A stretch of DNA of 32,032 bases. Origin: an uncultured bacterium. GTDB lineage: Bacteria; Acidobacteriota; Thermoanaerobaculia; Multivoradales; JAHZIX01. Made by a program: the position numbers and the translations under genes. Below, one piece after another: positions 18,824 through 27,416 of this stretch. The notes beneath the pieces are model-generated. The model ran no database searches and was not told the origin of the DNA. It saw only the letters and a list, made by a program, of their open reading frames with translations. Where the stretch lies: the NCBI GenBank assembly GCA_965368975.1, contig CBDUPA010000035.1, positions 1 through 32,032 on the forward strand, in the 5' to 3' direction. Within the stretch, counting starts at the first letter, position 1, and every line of letters starts with the position of its first letter.

Positions 18824-20496
18824 TGATCCTGCGACAATCGAGCGTTCCGAGGACTGGCCTCTTGGAGCGGACTGGCCTCTTGGAGCGGTACGCGGCCCTG
18901 CTGGGCCTCACGGTTCTCATCCTCGCCGCGGCTGGCTGTGCCGTGCACGACCCTCCAGACCTAGCCACAGCTTTGCCGCGGGTGCCGGAAGCGTGGACGG
19001 CCGGGGCGCAGGTTTCCCAGGCCACGTCTGAGCTCTCGCAGACCTGGTGGCGCGACTTCGGTGATCCTCAACTCGACGCCCTGATCGACGAGGCCCTGGC
19101 CCAGAACCATGACCTGCAGGCCGCCGCCGCGCGCGTCGAGCAGGCGGCGGCCGGGGTACGTATCAGCGGCGCCGAGCGCCTGCCGCAGGTGAGCGCTGGC
19201 GCCAACGCCAGCCGCTCGCGCAACGTATTTGTCGGCCTGCCGCTGCCCGGTGGCGGCGTGCTCAGCAGCACCTCGACCAACGTCGGTGCTTCGCTCAACG
19301 TCAGCTGGGAGGTCGACCTGTGGGGCCGCCTGCGAGCAGGGCAGCGCGCCGCAGTAGCCGAACTGAACGCGACCCAGGCGGAGCTCACCGCGGCTCGCCT
19401 GTCGCTGGCGGCGCAGACTGCCAAAGCCTGGTTCCAGGCTCTCACCGCGCGGCAGCAGGTGGCGCTGGCCGAGCAGACGCTCGACAGTCGGAAGCGCACC
19501 AGCCGGCAGGTACAGCGGCGCTACGAACTCGGCGTCCGACCGGCACTGGACGTGCGCCTGTCCCTCAGTCAACAGGCCAATGCCGAAGCCGCGCTGGAGG
19601 CGCGCCAGCAGCAACTCGACGCCGCCCTGCGCCAGCTCGAAGTGTTGCTTGGCCGCTATCCCTCCGCGGAGCTACGTGCGCGGCTGGACCAGGTCACGAC
19701 CGAGGGGACCGGTGCGCTGCGTGCGGTGCCGCCATCCTCTAGGCCTCTGGCAGACGCTGGTCCTCTGGCGGACGCTGGCCCTCTGGCAGACGGTGAAGGG
19801 CTGCGTCCGGTGCCTGCCGGGCTGCCGTCCGAACTGCTCGTGCGTCGACCGGACCTGCGCGCCGCCGAGCAGCGTCTCGCCGCCGCGGGCGCGCGGGTCG
19901 AGGTGGCACGCCGAGCGCTCTACCCGAGCCTGTCGCTCACCGCCTCCGGCGGTACCACCAGCGACAGCGTCAGCGATCTGCTCGACGGTAACTTCTCGGT
20001 CTGGAGCCTGGTTGGCAATCTGCTGCAGCCGGTGTTTCTGGGCGGCCGCCTGCGTGCCGCTGTCGACCAGAACCTGGCCGCCGAGGACGAAGCTCTGGCG
20101 CGCTACGCCCAGGCTGTGCTCGGTGCCCTCGCCGAGGTCGAGACCAATCTGGCAGCCGAGACCCTGCTCGATCGCCAGCTGCGCGCCCTCGACGAAGCCG
20201 TGACGCAGAGCCTCGCTGCTCAGGAACTGGCCGAGGATCGCTACGCCGGCGGTCTGGCCAGCTATCTCGACGTGCTGGAAAGTCAGCGCCAAGCGCTCAC
20301 CGCGCAGAGTCAGCGCATCGACGTTCACGGCCGCCGCCTGAACACGCGCGTCGACCTCATCCTCGCCCTTGGTGGTGGCTTCCCGGTGCCGGCCGTATCC
20401 ACCTCTTCCGCAGCTGCGTCCACGTCTTCCGAACCTCCGACCGCCATCTCGCCCGACCTCGCCAACGGCAGCCGCCAGGAGGTGCCCTCGTCATGA
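18823..20496 (+). CDS. outer membrane efflux lipoprotein (NodT/OprM family)
   Basis: Lipobox AAAG-C, WWRDFGDPQLDALI, SWEVDLWGRLR, PSELLVRRPDLRAAE, SYLDVLESQR, LILALGGG; TGATG overlap with the TetR gene. Confidence 0.95.
   Translation: MILRQSSVPRTGLLERTGLLERYAALLGLTVLILAAAGCAVHDPPDLATALPRVPEAWTAGAQVSQATSELSQTWWRDFGDPQLDALIDEALAQNHDLQAAAARVEQAAAGVRISGAERLPQVSAGANASRSRNVFVGLPLPGGGVLSSTSTNVGASLNVSWEVDLWGRLRAGQRAAVAELNATQAELTAARLSLAAQTAKAWFQALTARQQVALAEQTLDSRKRTSRQVQRRYELGVRPALDVRLSLSQQANAEAALEARQQQLDAALRQLEVLLGRYPSAELRARLDQVTTEGTGALRAVPPSSRPLADAGPLADAGPLADGEGLRPVPAGLPSELLVRRPDLRAAEQRLAAAGARVEVARRALYPSLSLTASGGTTSDSVSDLLDGNFSVWSLVGNLLQPVFLGGRLRAAVDQNLAAEDEALARYAQAVLGALAEVETNLAAETLLDRQLRALDEAVTQSLAAQELAEDRYAGGLASYLDVLESQRQALTAQSQRIDVHGRRLNTRVDLILALGGGFPVPAVSTSSAAASTSSEPPTAISPDLANGSRQEVPSS
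18851..18886 (+). repeat. perfect 18-bp tandem duplication
   Basis: GGACTGGCCTCTTGGAGC x2 (RTGLLE-RTGLLE). Confidence 0.9.
19744..19797 (+). repeat. 18-bp in-frame repeat x3
   Basis: CCTCTGGC(A/G)GACG.. encoding PLADAG-PLADAG-PLADGE. Confidence 0.9.
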
Positions 20497-21788
20497 ACAA
20501 GTTCGTCAAGATCCTTCTCCCCTTTGCTCTCCTGGGCTTCGGAATCTTCGGGGCTTTCCTGATCATCGGTTCCCGGCCCGAGGTCGAGACCGTCGAGGCA
20601 CCGGTACCGCGCACCCTGGTGCGTGTGCAAGAGATGGCGCTGCGTACCGTCAGCCTCGACGTGCGCGCGCAGGGTACCGTCGAGCCGCGCACCGCCTCCG
20701 CGCTGGTCGCCGAAGTCGGTGGTCGCATCCTCGGGGTTGCCCCCTCCTTCGTCAATGGCGGCTTCTTCAACCGCGGGCAGGTGCTGGTGCGAATCGATCC
20801 GCGCGATTATCGCACGGCCGTTGCCGCGGCGCGCGCCCAGGTGTCGCAGGCCGAGGTGCGTTTGGCGCAGGAACAGGCCGAAGCACAAGTCGCGATCGCC
20901 GAATGGCACGACCTCGGGCGCGGTGCCGAGCCGCCGCCGCTAGTGGCGCGCGAACCGCAGCTGGCCGAGGCCCGCGCCGGCCTCGACGCTGCCAAGGCCG
21001 CGCTGCAGAAGGCCGAACTCGACCTCGAACGCACCGAGCTGCGTGCTCCCTACGCTGGTCTGGTGCGCGAAAAGCTCGCCGACGTTGGTCAGTTCGTCGC
21101 GCCCGGCACGCCGGTAGCCCAGGTCTTCGCCGTCGACTACGCCGAAGTCACCTTGCCGGTACCCGGCGATCAGCTCGGCTTCCTCGAGCTGCCACGGGCC
21201 GGTAGTGCGCCCGGCCGCGGTGATACCGGACCCGTGGTCGAGTTGAGCCTGTCCGTGGCGGGAGAGCTTCGCTCCTGGGAGGCCCGTATCGTGCGCACCG
21301 AGGGAGAGATCGACCCGTCCAGCCGCATGCTCGGTCTGATTGCCCGCATTGATGATCCTTACGGCCGGCGCGACGCCCACGCGCAACCGTTGCAAGTCGG
21401 CCAGTTCGTCGACGCGCGCATCACCGGCCGCGTTGTTGAGGATGTCTTCGTGCTGCCGCGCGTGGCCCTTCGCGGCAGCGACGCGGCAAGTGGCACCGCT
21501 GGCGGCACGGCGAGTGGTCGAGCGTCGAGCCGCGTCCTCGTGCTCGACGACCGCGACGCCGACGATCCACGTCTGCGCTTCCGCGACGTCGAAGTGCTGC
21601 GCTTCCAGGGCGACCAGGTGATTCTCACCACCGGTCTGCAAGCGGGCGACAAAGTCTGCATCTCCCCGCTGGAGATGCCCCTCGAAGGTATGCGCGTGCG
21701 CGTCGCCGAGGACACACCGCCATCGCCGCCGACCCATCCGGACCAACCCTCCCTGCAAGAGCCGATCCTCGAGGAGCCCGCCCGATGA
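20493..21788 (+). CDS. RND periplasmic adaptor (membrane fusion protein)
   Basis: N-terminal TM; GTVEP..LVAEVGGRI, alpha hairpin, LERTELRAPYAG, VGQFVAPG. Confidence 0.93.
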   Translation: MNKFVKILLPFALLGFGIFGAFLIIGSRPEVETVEAPVPRTLVRVQEMALRTVSLDVRAQGTVEPRTASALVAEVGGRILGVAPSFVNGGFFNRGQVLVRIDPRDYRTAVAAARAQVSQAEVRLAQEQAEAQVAIAEWHDLGRGAEPPPLVAREPQLAEARAGLDAAKAALQKAELDLERTELRAPYAGLVREKLADVGQFVAPGTPVAQVFAVDYAEVTLPVPGDQLGFLELPRAGSAPGRGDTGPVVELSLSVAGELRSWEARIVRTEGEIDPSSRMLGLIARIDDPYGRRDAHAQPLQVGQFVDARITGRVVEDVFVLPRVALRGSDAASGTAGGTASGRASSRVLVLDDRDADDPRLRFRDVEVLRFQGDQVILTTGLQAGDKVCISPLEMPLEGMRVRVAEDTPPSPPTHPDQPSLQEPILEEPAR

Positions 21789-24700
21789 GCGAGACGACTC
21801 CCGATCAGCCGGCCCAGAAGCCCCTCGACGCACCAGACGAGACCGCAGCAGCACGCAATCCACTCAACTCCCTGGTCGGTTGGTTTGCACGCAATCCGGT
21901 GGCCGCCAACCTGATGATGCTGCTGGTCTTGGTCAGTGGCCTCAACGCACTCGCCAACACCCTGCGTCAAGAGGTCTTCCCTGAATTCTCCTCCGACCTC
22001 ATCACGATCCAGGTGCCCTACCTGGGAGCCGCGCCCGCTGAGGTCGAGGACGCGGTCTGCGCGCGCATCGAAGAGCGTATCCAGGATCTCGAAGGCATCA
22101 AGAAGCTGACCTCCGTGGCCGCCGAAGGCATGGGTGTCGTCACCGTCGAGCTGGAGCGCGGCACCGACGTGCGCGAGCTGCTCGACGACATCAAGTCGCG
22201 CGTCGATGCCATCGATACCTTCCCCGACGAGACTGAAGAGCCGATCATCCAGGAAGTGCTGATCCGCAAGCAGGTGATCACCGTCGCCATCTACGGCGAT
22301 GTCGGAGAACGTGCCTTGCGGCGCATTGGCGAGCGAGTGCGTGACGACCTGTCGTCCTTGCCGGCGATCTCGCAAGTCGAGCTGGCCGCCGTGCGTCCCT
22401 ACGAGATCTCGATCGAAGTCTCCGAGCAGGACCTTCGCCGCTATGGCCTGACCTTCGAGCAGGTCGTCGCCGCCGTGCGCGCCTCGTCGCTCGACCTCCC
22501 AGGTGGCACCATCCGCAATCGCGACGGCGAGATCCTGCTGCGCACCGCCAATCAAGCCGAGCATGGACACGAGTTCGAGCAGATGGTCTTGCTCACCCGT
22601 CCCGACGGCACCCGCCTCCTCCTCGGCGACGTTGCCACCGTCAACGATGGCTTTGCCGAGACCGACGAGACCTCCTTCTTCGATGGCAAGCCGACCGCCC
22701 TGGTGCAAGTCTTCCGCGTCGGTGAGCAGAGTGCGCTCGACATCGCCGCCGCGGTCAAGAGCTACGTCGAGCGCGAGCGTGCCGCCCTGCCCGAAGGCGT
22801 CCAGCTGACCACCTGGCAAGATGACACCGACGTCCTGCGTGGTCGTATCGACCTGCTGCTGCGCAACGGCTGGCAAGGTCTGTTGCTGGTCGTGCTGACG
22901 CTCGCCCTGCTGCTGCGCCTGCGCCTGGCACTGTGGGTGTCGCTCGGCATCCTGATCTCCTTCGCCGGGGCCCTGTGGTTGATGCCCAGCCTCGACATCT
23001 CGATCAACGTCATCTCGCTGTTCGCCTTCATCGTCGTGCTCGGCATCGTGGTCGATGACGCCATCGTCGTCGGCGAGAACATCTATCGTCATCTCGAAGA
23101 CGGCAAACCGGGCCTGCGTGCCGCCATCGACGGTGCCCGCGAAGTCGCCGTCCCCGTCACCTTCTCGATCCTCACCACCATCGCCGCCTTCGCGCCCTTG
23201 CTGCAGGTCGACACCAACACCGGCAAGATCATGCGCGTGATTCCGATGGTGGTCATCCTCACTCTCATCTTCTCGCTCGTCGAGTCCCTGTTCATCCTGC
23301 CGTCCCATCTCGCGCACAAGCCAAAGAAGAAATCGAGTGCCGCGAGCGATTGGCAGCCCAATGCGTGGCAGAGGTTCCAGGATCGCATCTCGGACGGCCT
23401 CAAGTGGTTGGTCGAGCACAGCTACAAGCCGAGCGTTGAGTTCGCCATGCGCTGGCGCTACGCTAGCCTTGCCGGTGCCGTTGCGTTGCTGCTGCTCACC
23501 CTCAGCTTGGCCGTCGGTGGTTGGATCAAGTTCACCTTCTTCCCCAAGATCGAAGCCGACAGCGTTGCCGCCTACGTCTCGATGCCCATCGGCACTCCCG
23601 CCGCGACCACCCAGCAGGCGGTCCAGCGCATGCAAGACCAGGCCCTGTTGCTGCAACGGCAGCTCGAAGCCGAGGGCCACGGCGGTGCTTTCCGTCATGT
23701 TCTCGCTTCCGTCGGTGGGCAGCCGTTCCGGAGTGGCCAGAATCGCCCCGGCGGCGGTGGTAGCAGTCAAGCCGGAACCCAGGCCCACCTCGGTGAAGTC
23801 GCCATCGAGCTGGCACCCGCCGAGACGCGCACCATCACGTCTCCCGAGATCGCCGAACGCTGGCGTCAGATGGTCGGCACCATTCCCGACGCCACCGAAC
23901 TCGTCTACTCGTCGTCGTTGTTCTCCACCGGAGAAGCCGTCAACGTGCAACTCGCCGGCTCCAGTCTCGACGTCCTGCGCCGTGCCTCGGAAGATCTCAA
24001 AGAGCGTCTGCGTGAATATCCAGGCGTCCTCGACATCGCCGATTCGTTCGATCCTGGGAAGCAGGAAATCCAGCTACAGGTGACCGACGAGGCTGAAGCC
24101 ATGGGTATCCAACTCGTCGGCGTCGCGCGCCAGGTCCGTTCTGCCTTCTACGGCGCCGAAGTCCAGCGCGTGCAGCGCGGTCGCGAAGAGGTCAAGGTGA
24201 TGGTGCGCTACCCGCCGGACGAGCGCCGCTCGATCGGTGATCTCGAAACCATGCGTGTGCGCACCCCCGACGGCCGCGAGATCCCCTTCAGCACCGCCGC
24301 CACCTACGCCATGGGCCGCGGCTATGCCACCATCCAGCGCACCGACCGTAACCGCACCATCAACGTCACCGCCGACGTCGACGCCGCAACCAATGCCAAC
24401 GAAGTCATCGCCGACCTGCGCGATCGCGTCCTTCCCGCGCTGCTGGCGGATTATCCGGGCCTGCGCTACTCCTTCGAAGGCGAACAGCAACAGCAGCGCG
24501 ATACCGCCGAAGATCTGAAAATGGGCTTCGTTTTCGCCCTGCTGATGATCTACGCTCTCCTCGCCATCCCCTTCCGCTCCTACCTGCAGCCACTCATCGT
24601 CATGACGGCGATTCCGTTTGGCTTGGTGGGAGCTATCGGTGGCCATGCCTTGCTGGGTCTGGACCTGAGCATGCTCTCCATGTTCGGCATCGTCGCCCTG

Positions 24701-25075
24701 ACCGGCGTCGTAGTGAACGACAGCCTCGTCATGGTCGACTTCATCAACCGCTCCTTCCGTACCGGTACACCCTTGTTGCAAGCCGTGCGCGAAGCCGGCG
24801 CCAAGCGCTTCCGACCGATTCTCTTGACGTCGCTGACCACCTTCATGGGGCTGCTGCCGCTCTTGCTCGAGAAGAGCCTGCAAGCGCAGTTCCTGATCCC
24901 GATGGCCGTCTCGCTAGCCTTCGGCGTCATGTTCGCCACCGCCATCTCGCTGGTGTTGGTGCCGGTCTGCTACGTGATCCTGGAGGATCTGAAGTTGCAG
25001 TGGCTCAAAGTCGTGGGGCGTCACGACGAGGTGCCGGAGGAGGGGGTGTTGGGGTTGGAGGTGGCGGAGGGCTAG
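21785..25075 (+). CDS. RND efflux permease (AcrB/AcrD/AcrF family)
   Basis: ARNPVAANL, LGIVVDDAIVVGENI, GVVVNDSLV, RFRPILLTSLTT; 1096 aa; ATGA overlap. Confidence 0.96.
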   Translation: MSETTPDQPAQKPLDAPDETAAARNPLNSLVGWFARNPVAANLMMLLVLVSGLNALANTLRQEVFPEFSSDLITIQVPYLGAAPAEVEDAVCARIEERIQDLEGIKKLTSVAAEGMGVVTVELERGTDVRELLDDIKSRVDAIDTFPDETEEPIIQEVLIRKQVITVAIYGDVGERALRRIGERVRDDLSSLPAISQVELAAVRPYEISIEVSEQDLRRYGLTFEQVVAAVRASSLDLPGGTIRNRDGEILLRTANQAEHGHEFEQMVLLTRPDGTRLLLGDVATVNDGFAETDETSFFDGKPTALVQVFRVGEQSALDIAAAVKSYVERERAALPEGVQLTTWQDDTDVLRGRIDLLLRNGWQGLLLVVLTLALLLRLRLALWVSLGILISFAGALWLMPSLDISINVISLFAFIVVLGIVVDDAIVVGENIYRHLEDGKPGLRAAIDGAREVAVPVTFSILTTIAAFAPLLQVDTNTGKIMRVIPMVVILTLIFSLVESLFILPSHLAHKPKKKSSAASDWQPNAWQRFQDRISDGLKWLVEHSYKPSVEFAMRWRYASLAGAVALLLLTLSLAVGGWIKFTFFPKIEADSVAAYVSMPIGTPAATTQQAVQRMQDQALLLQRQLEAEGHGGAFRHVLASVGGQPFRSGQNRPGGGGSSQAGTQAHLGEVAIELAPAETRTITSPEIAERWRQMVGTIPDATELVYSSSLFSTGEAVNVQLAGSSLDVLRRASEDLKERLREYPGVLDIADSFDPGKQEIQLQVTDEAEAMGIQLVGVARQVRSAFYGAEVQRVQRGREEVKVMVRYPPDERRSIGDLETMRVRTPDGREIPFSTAATYAMGRGYATIQRTDRNRTINVTADVDAATNANEVIADLRDRVLPALLADYPGLRYSFEGEQQQQRDTAEDLKMGFVFALLMIYALLAIPFRSYLQPLIVMTAIPFGLVGAIGGHALLGLDLSMLSMFGIVALTGVVVNDSLVMVDFINRSFRTGTPLLQAVREAGAKRFRPILLTSLTTFMGLLPLLLEKSLQAQFLIPMAVSLAFGVMFATAISLVLVPVCYVILEDLKLQWLKVVGRHDEVPEEGVLGLEVAEG

Positions 25076-25117
25076 GAAGCCCTGTTTCCTTCGTCACGAC
25101 CTCTGGCTACGGAAATT

Positions 25118-26251
25118 CTAGCTCTTCTCCGTTGCCTCTTCGGGTGCTTCATCGAACTTCAGCACCGTGACCTTCAAGTGCGTGTCGTACTTGTAGATCT
25201 CGGTCAAGTCGTCGATGGGAACGCGAGTCTCCTTCTTGTCATCGTCGAACAGCCCAAGGTACTTTTGCCGGCGATTGAACCAGAGACGGCAAATTGTCTT
25301 ACGGTTGTTGTCGTCGAGCAGGATCGCCATGTAAGAGAGGTTGTCACGGTAGTGGATACGGCGTGGGTCGGTGTCGCGGCTGAGGATCGCCTTGACGATG
25401 TGGTAGCCCTCGATCTCTTCCTGAGTCGTGACGATGCGGTCTTCTTCCTCGCTGGCTTCCAACTCAGGGCTGGCTTCCTCCGTCACCGAGGTGTCGTCGC
25501 CGGTGGCCTGAGCGGGAGGTTCTCCCGTATTGAGAGCCGCACGGAGCCGGTCGCTGGTTTCCTCTGCGAGAAACTGCCGGAAAGCGCGTTGGAAGGTAGC
25601 GGTGAACTCTTCTCGGGCTTGGGAGGTGAAGCGGCCACCGCAGGTGGAGGCATGGAAGAAGCGCAGTAGCTCTTCGCTCGGGTCCGTCGTTTGCTGGCGC
25701 AGCAGGCTACGGATCTGTCCCAGGAGCTTGAGTGCGTTAGCCGAGTTCAGGACGTGTTCGAGATCGAAGGTGCCCTTGCTGAGCTTGTTGATTTCGCGCA
25801 GCAAGCCTTCTCGGCGTTCCGTGAGGTTCAAGGTCAGGAACGGCATCAAATCCATCTTGTTGGGCTCGTCGAGGTCCGAGAAGAAGCGGTACTCGATTCC
25901 ATTCGCCAAGATTGCGATGCGGGCTTTGGTCACCGAGAAGTAGCGGAAGAGCTGATGGGTCGCGGCCTTGTCGAGATTGGCGCCGATACGCTTGCACTCG
26001 ACCAAGAAAATGATTTCGCCGTTACGGGCGATGGCATAGTCGACCTTCTCGCCCTTCTTCACGCCGACGTCTGCGGTGTACTCCGGGGTCACCTCTTTGG
26101 GATCGAAGACGTCGTAGCCAAGTGCCGAGATGAAGGGCAAGATCAGAGCGTTCTTGGTAGCTTCTTCGGTTTCTAGATGGTCGAGAAGTTCAGGGATTCG
26201 TTCAGAAAGTAGAGAAATCTTGTCGATGAACTCGGCTTCGGTTGTACCCAT
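25118..26251 (-). CDS. HsdR N-terminal-domain (PD-(D/E)xK) nuclease-like protein without motor domains
   Basis: EEATKNALILPF..LGYDVFDP.EV.PE, KVDYAI...VECK, QLFRYF, NGIEYRFFSDLDEPNKMD; C-terminal IVTTQEEIEG...LLDDNNRKTICRL; RBS AAGGAGA at 26267-26261. Confidence 0.85.
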   Translation of the reverse strand: MGTTEAEFIDKISLLSERIPELLDHLETEEATKNALILPFISALGYDVFDPKEVTPEYTADVGVKKGEKVDYAIARNGEIIFLVECKRIGANLDKAATHQLFRYFSVTKARIAILANGIEYRFFSDLDEPNKMDLMPFLTLNLTERREGLLREINKLSKGTFDLEHVLNSANALKLLGQIRSLLRQQTTDPSEELLRFFHASTCGGRFTSQAREEFTATFQRAFRQFLAEETSDRLRAALNTGEPPAQATGDDTSVTEEASPELEASEEEDRIVTTQEEIEGYHIVKAILSRDTDPRRIHYRDNLSYMAILLDDNNRKTICRLWFNRRQKYLGLFDDDKKETRVPIDDLTEIYKYDTHLKVTVLKFDEAPEEATEKS

Positions 26252-26302
26252 GTCGAAAAATCTCCTTGTGTGTACGGCGCTCCCGCAATAGGCTTCAATA
26301 GA

Positions 26303-26644
26303 TCATCTTAACAGTACGGCAGCTCGGCCAGGGTCATCAATACCGACCAAGGTGCCAACCGTTTCTTCCAGCCACTTGCCCCAGTAGCGCTCTGCTTTCA
26401 GTTTCCGGCGTAGCGCTTGAGCTGCAGCAATGTAGTCCTCGATCTCACCACCTTCGAGAAGTTCCTCGTAAAGATGCTGTTTCTTGAATCGCTCGCCGCA
26501 GTAGTTCAGGCCACTCTGCAGCAACCCCTTCCTCGAAGCGACCTGCGCCCCGTTGGCCGCTCCAATACTCACCCCCGCGCCCACCACCAGCACCGCCTCG
26601 CCGTCCCGAATCACACACCGCAGGTCGTCCAGAAAATCCGGCAT
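26303..26644 (-). pseudogene. truncated SIR2-like domain gene
   Basis: VLVVGAGVS Rossmann motif; ASRKGLL where xSWxxLL is expected; stops at 113 aa, no TTNYD motif in any frame before the next gene. Confidence 0.7.
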
Positions 26645-26767
26645 GCCGTCCTCAAGAATCTGGCTAGTTCCCGGTTAGAAGGATTGTGGCCTGTCCCGGA
26701 GGCATTCCGTGCTCTGGACCCCAGCTGATAGGCTCAAGAGGTGACCTCAGAACCCGGAGAACTTGAG

Positions 26768-26989
26768 ATGAAGTGCCACGTTTGCGGCAGCACCATGACC
26801 GAGATCACAACGGACCTACCCTTCAAGGTCAGCAACACCGCCATCGTCATCGTCAAGCAACTTCCGGTTGTGGATTGCTCCAACTGCCACGAGTACTTGC
26901 TGGCGGATCCCATCATGGAACGCGTCGAGCAGATGTTCGCCAACCTGGATGCCCGCGCTGAATTGGAAATCATCCGCTACGCGGCATGA
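26768..26989 (+). CDS. YgiT-type zinc finger (MqsA N-terminal-like) putative antitoxin
   Basis: MKCHVCG...IVIVKQLPVVDCSNCHEYL...ELEIIRYAA; ATG 26768. Confidence 0.85.
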   Translation: MKCHVCGSTMTEITTDLPFKVSNTAIVIVKQLPVVDCSNCHEYLLADPIMERVEQMFANLDARAELEIIRYAA

Positions 26990-27002
26990 ACCCCACCTGA
27001 AG

Positions 27003-27152
27003 ATGGCGTCGGACACAGATCGCGAACTGACTAGTGAGTCTCTGGCAGAAGAGCTGGAGTTGATCGACGATCGTAATCGTGACTACGAAGCGAACCCAGA
27101 CGATGTCGTTCCTTGGTCAGAGGTCAGATCAGAACTCTGGCCTGACCTCTGA
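27003..27152 (+). CDS. addiction-module antitoxin component (TIGR02574-like), probably N-terminally shortened
   Basis: EELELIDDRNRDYEANPDDVVPWSEVRSEL matches the family's C-terminal pattern; 49 aa from ATG 27003. Confidence 0.65.
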   Translation: MASDTDRELTSESLAEELELIDDRNRDYEANPDDVVPWSEVRSELWPDL

Positions 27153-27157
27153 CCGGG

Positions 27158-27398
27158 TCAGGAAGTCGCCGGAGCCCGCGCCGCCAGCATCCGCTGCAAA
27201 GCCGCTTCCGACTCCTCCGGCGGATGCCGGTTCAAGAAGTCAGAAAAAGTCCGCTGTTGCTCGGCGATGTCCGAAGCCGGTGCTGGAACGTGTCAGCTGG
27301 TACACGATGAACTGGTTCAGTGAAATGCCTTCATCGTGCGCCTGAGCTTGCAAGCTCTTGTGTAGAGAGTCGGGAAGACGGATGGTGAGTCGGCGCAT
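27158..27398 (-). pseudogene. HicB-like ribbon-helix-helix antitoxin, frameshifted; not in the ORF track
   Basis: RBS AGGAAGGGG, ATG 27398: MRRLTIRLPDSLHKSLQAQAHDEGISLNQFIVYQLTR, stop at 27240 (52 aa); +1 frame continues PAPASDIAEQQRTFSDFLNRHPPEESEAALQRMLAARAPATS* to 27158. Confidence 0.75.
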
Positions 27399-27416
27399 GA
27401 TGACCCCTTCCTACTG

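Noticed and set aside
25118-26251. Complete type I restriction-modification system
   Set aside because: No helicase motifs and no hsdM/hsdS in the window
26303-26644. Thoeris or DSR system call
   Set aside because: Only a truncated SIR2-like start; no TIR partner, SLOG or sensor domain
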